Origin: Xylographa opegraphella
Taxonomy: Eukaryota
DNA length: 64,000 bases
NCBI GenBank assembly: GCA_022813865.1
Contig: JALDZX010000058.1
Location: forward strand, 1 to 64,000
Direction: 5' to 3'
The position numbers and the translations under genes are program-made. How positions within the stretch are numbered: the stretch's first letter is position 1; each line of letters begins with the position of its first letter. This document shows, piece by piece, positions 61,875-64,000 of the stretch. The notes under the pieces were generated by a model that saw only the letters and a program-made list of their open reading frames with translations, was not told where the DNA came from and searched no databases.

Positions 61875-63730
61875 GACAGAGCTTTCAAGCAACTGGGACG
61901 ATGGCAGCAGAGTGGTTGGTCGACAGAGGGGAGGTGCTTTCGCGTGGACAAGAATGGCAAGCGACGTGGGACGGGCAAGTCTTACTGAAGGTGGGGGCGT
62001 CTTGTTATATGGCTGAAACAGTGTTGACATAAGCATAAGGTACTCAACTGGACTGGCAAGACTAAGTGAAGTTGGGGGCCGTCATTTGGATACCTGCAAC
62101 CGTGTTGACATAAACATACTTCAAATAACTTGAAATTGAATTCGAGGCAGAGATACCACAATTCGATGACCTCAAATTTACATTTCCAGCACGATATTGT
62201 AACAGCGAATGAATAGCACGTCCGGCTGTCATTAGGCCTAGCTGTCATATTGTCGGTGGCCACCCAAAGCTTTGCCACTTCTTCCATTCGGAGGAGTGCG
62301 GCATAGTCTGTCAGCAGTATCCTAAAACTGGATACCCTGCCAAGATCAATCGACGTCCTGACTCAGACAGTGACCCGACATTTTACGGACGGTACCTTTC
62401 CTCAACTTTGCTACGGTCCGTAGCCCTCGCTTTCGATAAGGCCTTCATTGTATGTAGTCACGGCTTCTTGTTGTGGACTCGGATTTGGTCACGGCGCTCA
62501 TCGTATGGCGCTAGGCTCTTTTTAGCAAAGGTCGGTGCCGACTATCAGTGCAGCACTTCTTCTCGCTATCGCTGAGGCAATTTTAACACGCCGACATCGC
62601 CCCTTCTGCTGCTCTTATCTTCTAGAGCAAGGATGCTAGGACTTCTCGCAGGACTGGATGAGGTCACGAGGAACAGACCTGTATGTCACGGGCAGTGGCT
62701 CGTGTAAAAGGGAAAATAAGCCATGGTCGGCAAGGGACGAAGGCATACACTGATACCGTTGGTCTATAATCCGCAAGGAACAATATGGAAGACAGCAAAG
62801 GTACCATTTCGTATGTCTTGGCGTATCTTCAGATTTCTCGATTCCGGTCACGTGTTGGCTTTTGGGCACGCAGTTCACCTCCTGGAGCATCGAGTTCCCA
62901 AGTGTGGACGTCCATTATGTCTCAACGCCACGAAATAATCTTCATTCCCGCAAGCGCGTTGTGATCTTTGCGCAAGGGTGCTCCTTCCCAGTCTAGTGCC
63001 TCGGGGTCTCTGCGATAGAGCCTCGAAATTTGCTTCTCTTCCTGTTACCTTTCATGAGAATACAGGAAATTCTTTTGCATATACTCGAACGATGTTACAT
63101 CGCTTAGCGTTGTTTCTTGCTTCGGCTTTCTCGATCATACTGGGCACATCTTCAGGGGGGAGCTCTTTTCTGATGGAGAGAGCTGTTTCCGAATAGAGGA
63201 TTGCAACGTCTTATCATCACCATGTTTATTTGTTTACTATTCTTCCGTTTTCTCTCCGAAGCTCTTTGTTCTTGCTCTCCCGGAATAACACTGTCCGAGT
63301 CTTGTAGAAGCGCTCCAAGTCGTCAAGCCATTTCCTACATATAAAGGCCGCTGCTGGTCCCAGCTTCTAATCATGCGTTATTGTTTGGTTGGCCGAAAGC
63401 TGATGTCTAGTCATGAAGTCCATACGATCGAGGACATGAGCCGGGTCATATTTTCAGATACCATCTTCCTCAAGCCCAAGTGTCTTCTCGACACCGTCTC
63501 AGCTCATACACGACGTTGTAAGCCGCTGTTACGGGTGCTTTCCTGAGCTCGACACTCTTGACCGTTTTGCTAAACAATTTCAACTCTATTTGAATCCTGT
63601 CTATATAGTATGAAATGTCTATCATCTTCATGTCTTCGCTCTCTATCATCCAAACATACCAACTCCCCATCCAATCCTTCTCAGCGATTTCTGCGTCTAT
63701 ATATCTCATCCCACAAGACCCGAGTTCCAA

Positions 63731-63770
63731 CCCCTACCCCTACGCCTACCCCTACCCTTACCCCTACCCC
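63731..63770. repeat. Hexamer microsatellite (CCCTAC)n, about 6-7 units
   Basis: cccctacccctacgcctacccctacccttacccctacccc. Confidence 0.85.
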
Positions 63771-63832
63771 TGTTCTCCCCTCTCTCCTTCTACCAAGCAA
63801 CCACACAAAGCTGCAGCAGCAAGACTCCTGCC

Positions 63833-64000
63833 ATGGCTCTGGTTGTCCCATTCGTAGAGACCTGCGTCTACGTCGGCCAAGCGGTCGGAGCACTTATCCT
63901 CGGCCTCGTCGGAGAGATCAACGACAGCGACCACACGGCCGAGACCCAATTCACCAGGAACATGTGCGACCAACTGCGCGCCGCCTGTCCCCGCAAGAAC
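63833..64000 (+). CDS. 5' part of a hypothetical protein running off the window
   Basis: GCCATGG start context and an open frame to the window end with GC3-biased codons: MALVVPFVETCVYVGQAVGALILGLVGEINDSDHTAETQFTRNMCDQLRAACPRKN. Confidence 0.6.
   Translation, partial: MALVVPFVETCVYVGQAVGALILGLVGEINDSDHTAETQFTRNMCDQLRAACPRKN

Noticed and set aside
63764..63973. Minus-strand 69-aa ORF at the window end
   Set aside because: Codon bias and start context favour the plus-strand frame from 63833.
1..64000. tRNA, rRNA, snRNA genes, telomeric repeats, transposase or RT ORFs
   Set aside because: None recognised by eye. tRNAscan-SE, Infernal and RepeatMasker would be needed to exclude short or degenerate copies.

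Overview
Eukaryotic DNA from a filamentous ascomycete. The short GT-AG introns with CTRAC/CTAAC branch sites are seen directly; Pezizomycotina is an inference. I can support about 20 protein-coding loci. Housekeeping genes are VAC14, ATM1, AIM24, OTU1, an RSC1/2-like bromo-BAH subunit, a CDK10/11-like kinase, PHO84, a full-size ABCG transporter, a GH5 beta-1,6-glucanase, a PhyH-like dioxygenase, a C2H2/fungal transcription factor, an F-box-like protein, a claudin-like protein and a GNAT. Accessory loci are interspersed among them. The most interesting is a secreted CD38/ADP-ribosyl-cyclase-like (Tox-ARC-like, putative NADase) gene, bracketed by two LHRR Kex2-type sites and paired head-to-head with an intronless ankyrin gene between ATM1 and AIM24; a toxin/partner cassette is a hypothesis. 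Also present are secreted prepropeptides with Kex2 sites and X-Ala/X-Pro dipeptide ladders, two small proteins not correctly represented in the ORF track, a disabled GT1 glycosyltransferase pseudogene, non-canonical splice sites, and recurrent ~1 kb GC-rich islands that switch from C-rich to G-rich regardless of gene strand. No rRNA, tRNA, CRISPR or intact transposon was recognised. All family calls are from motif recognition by eye; no searches were run.
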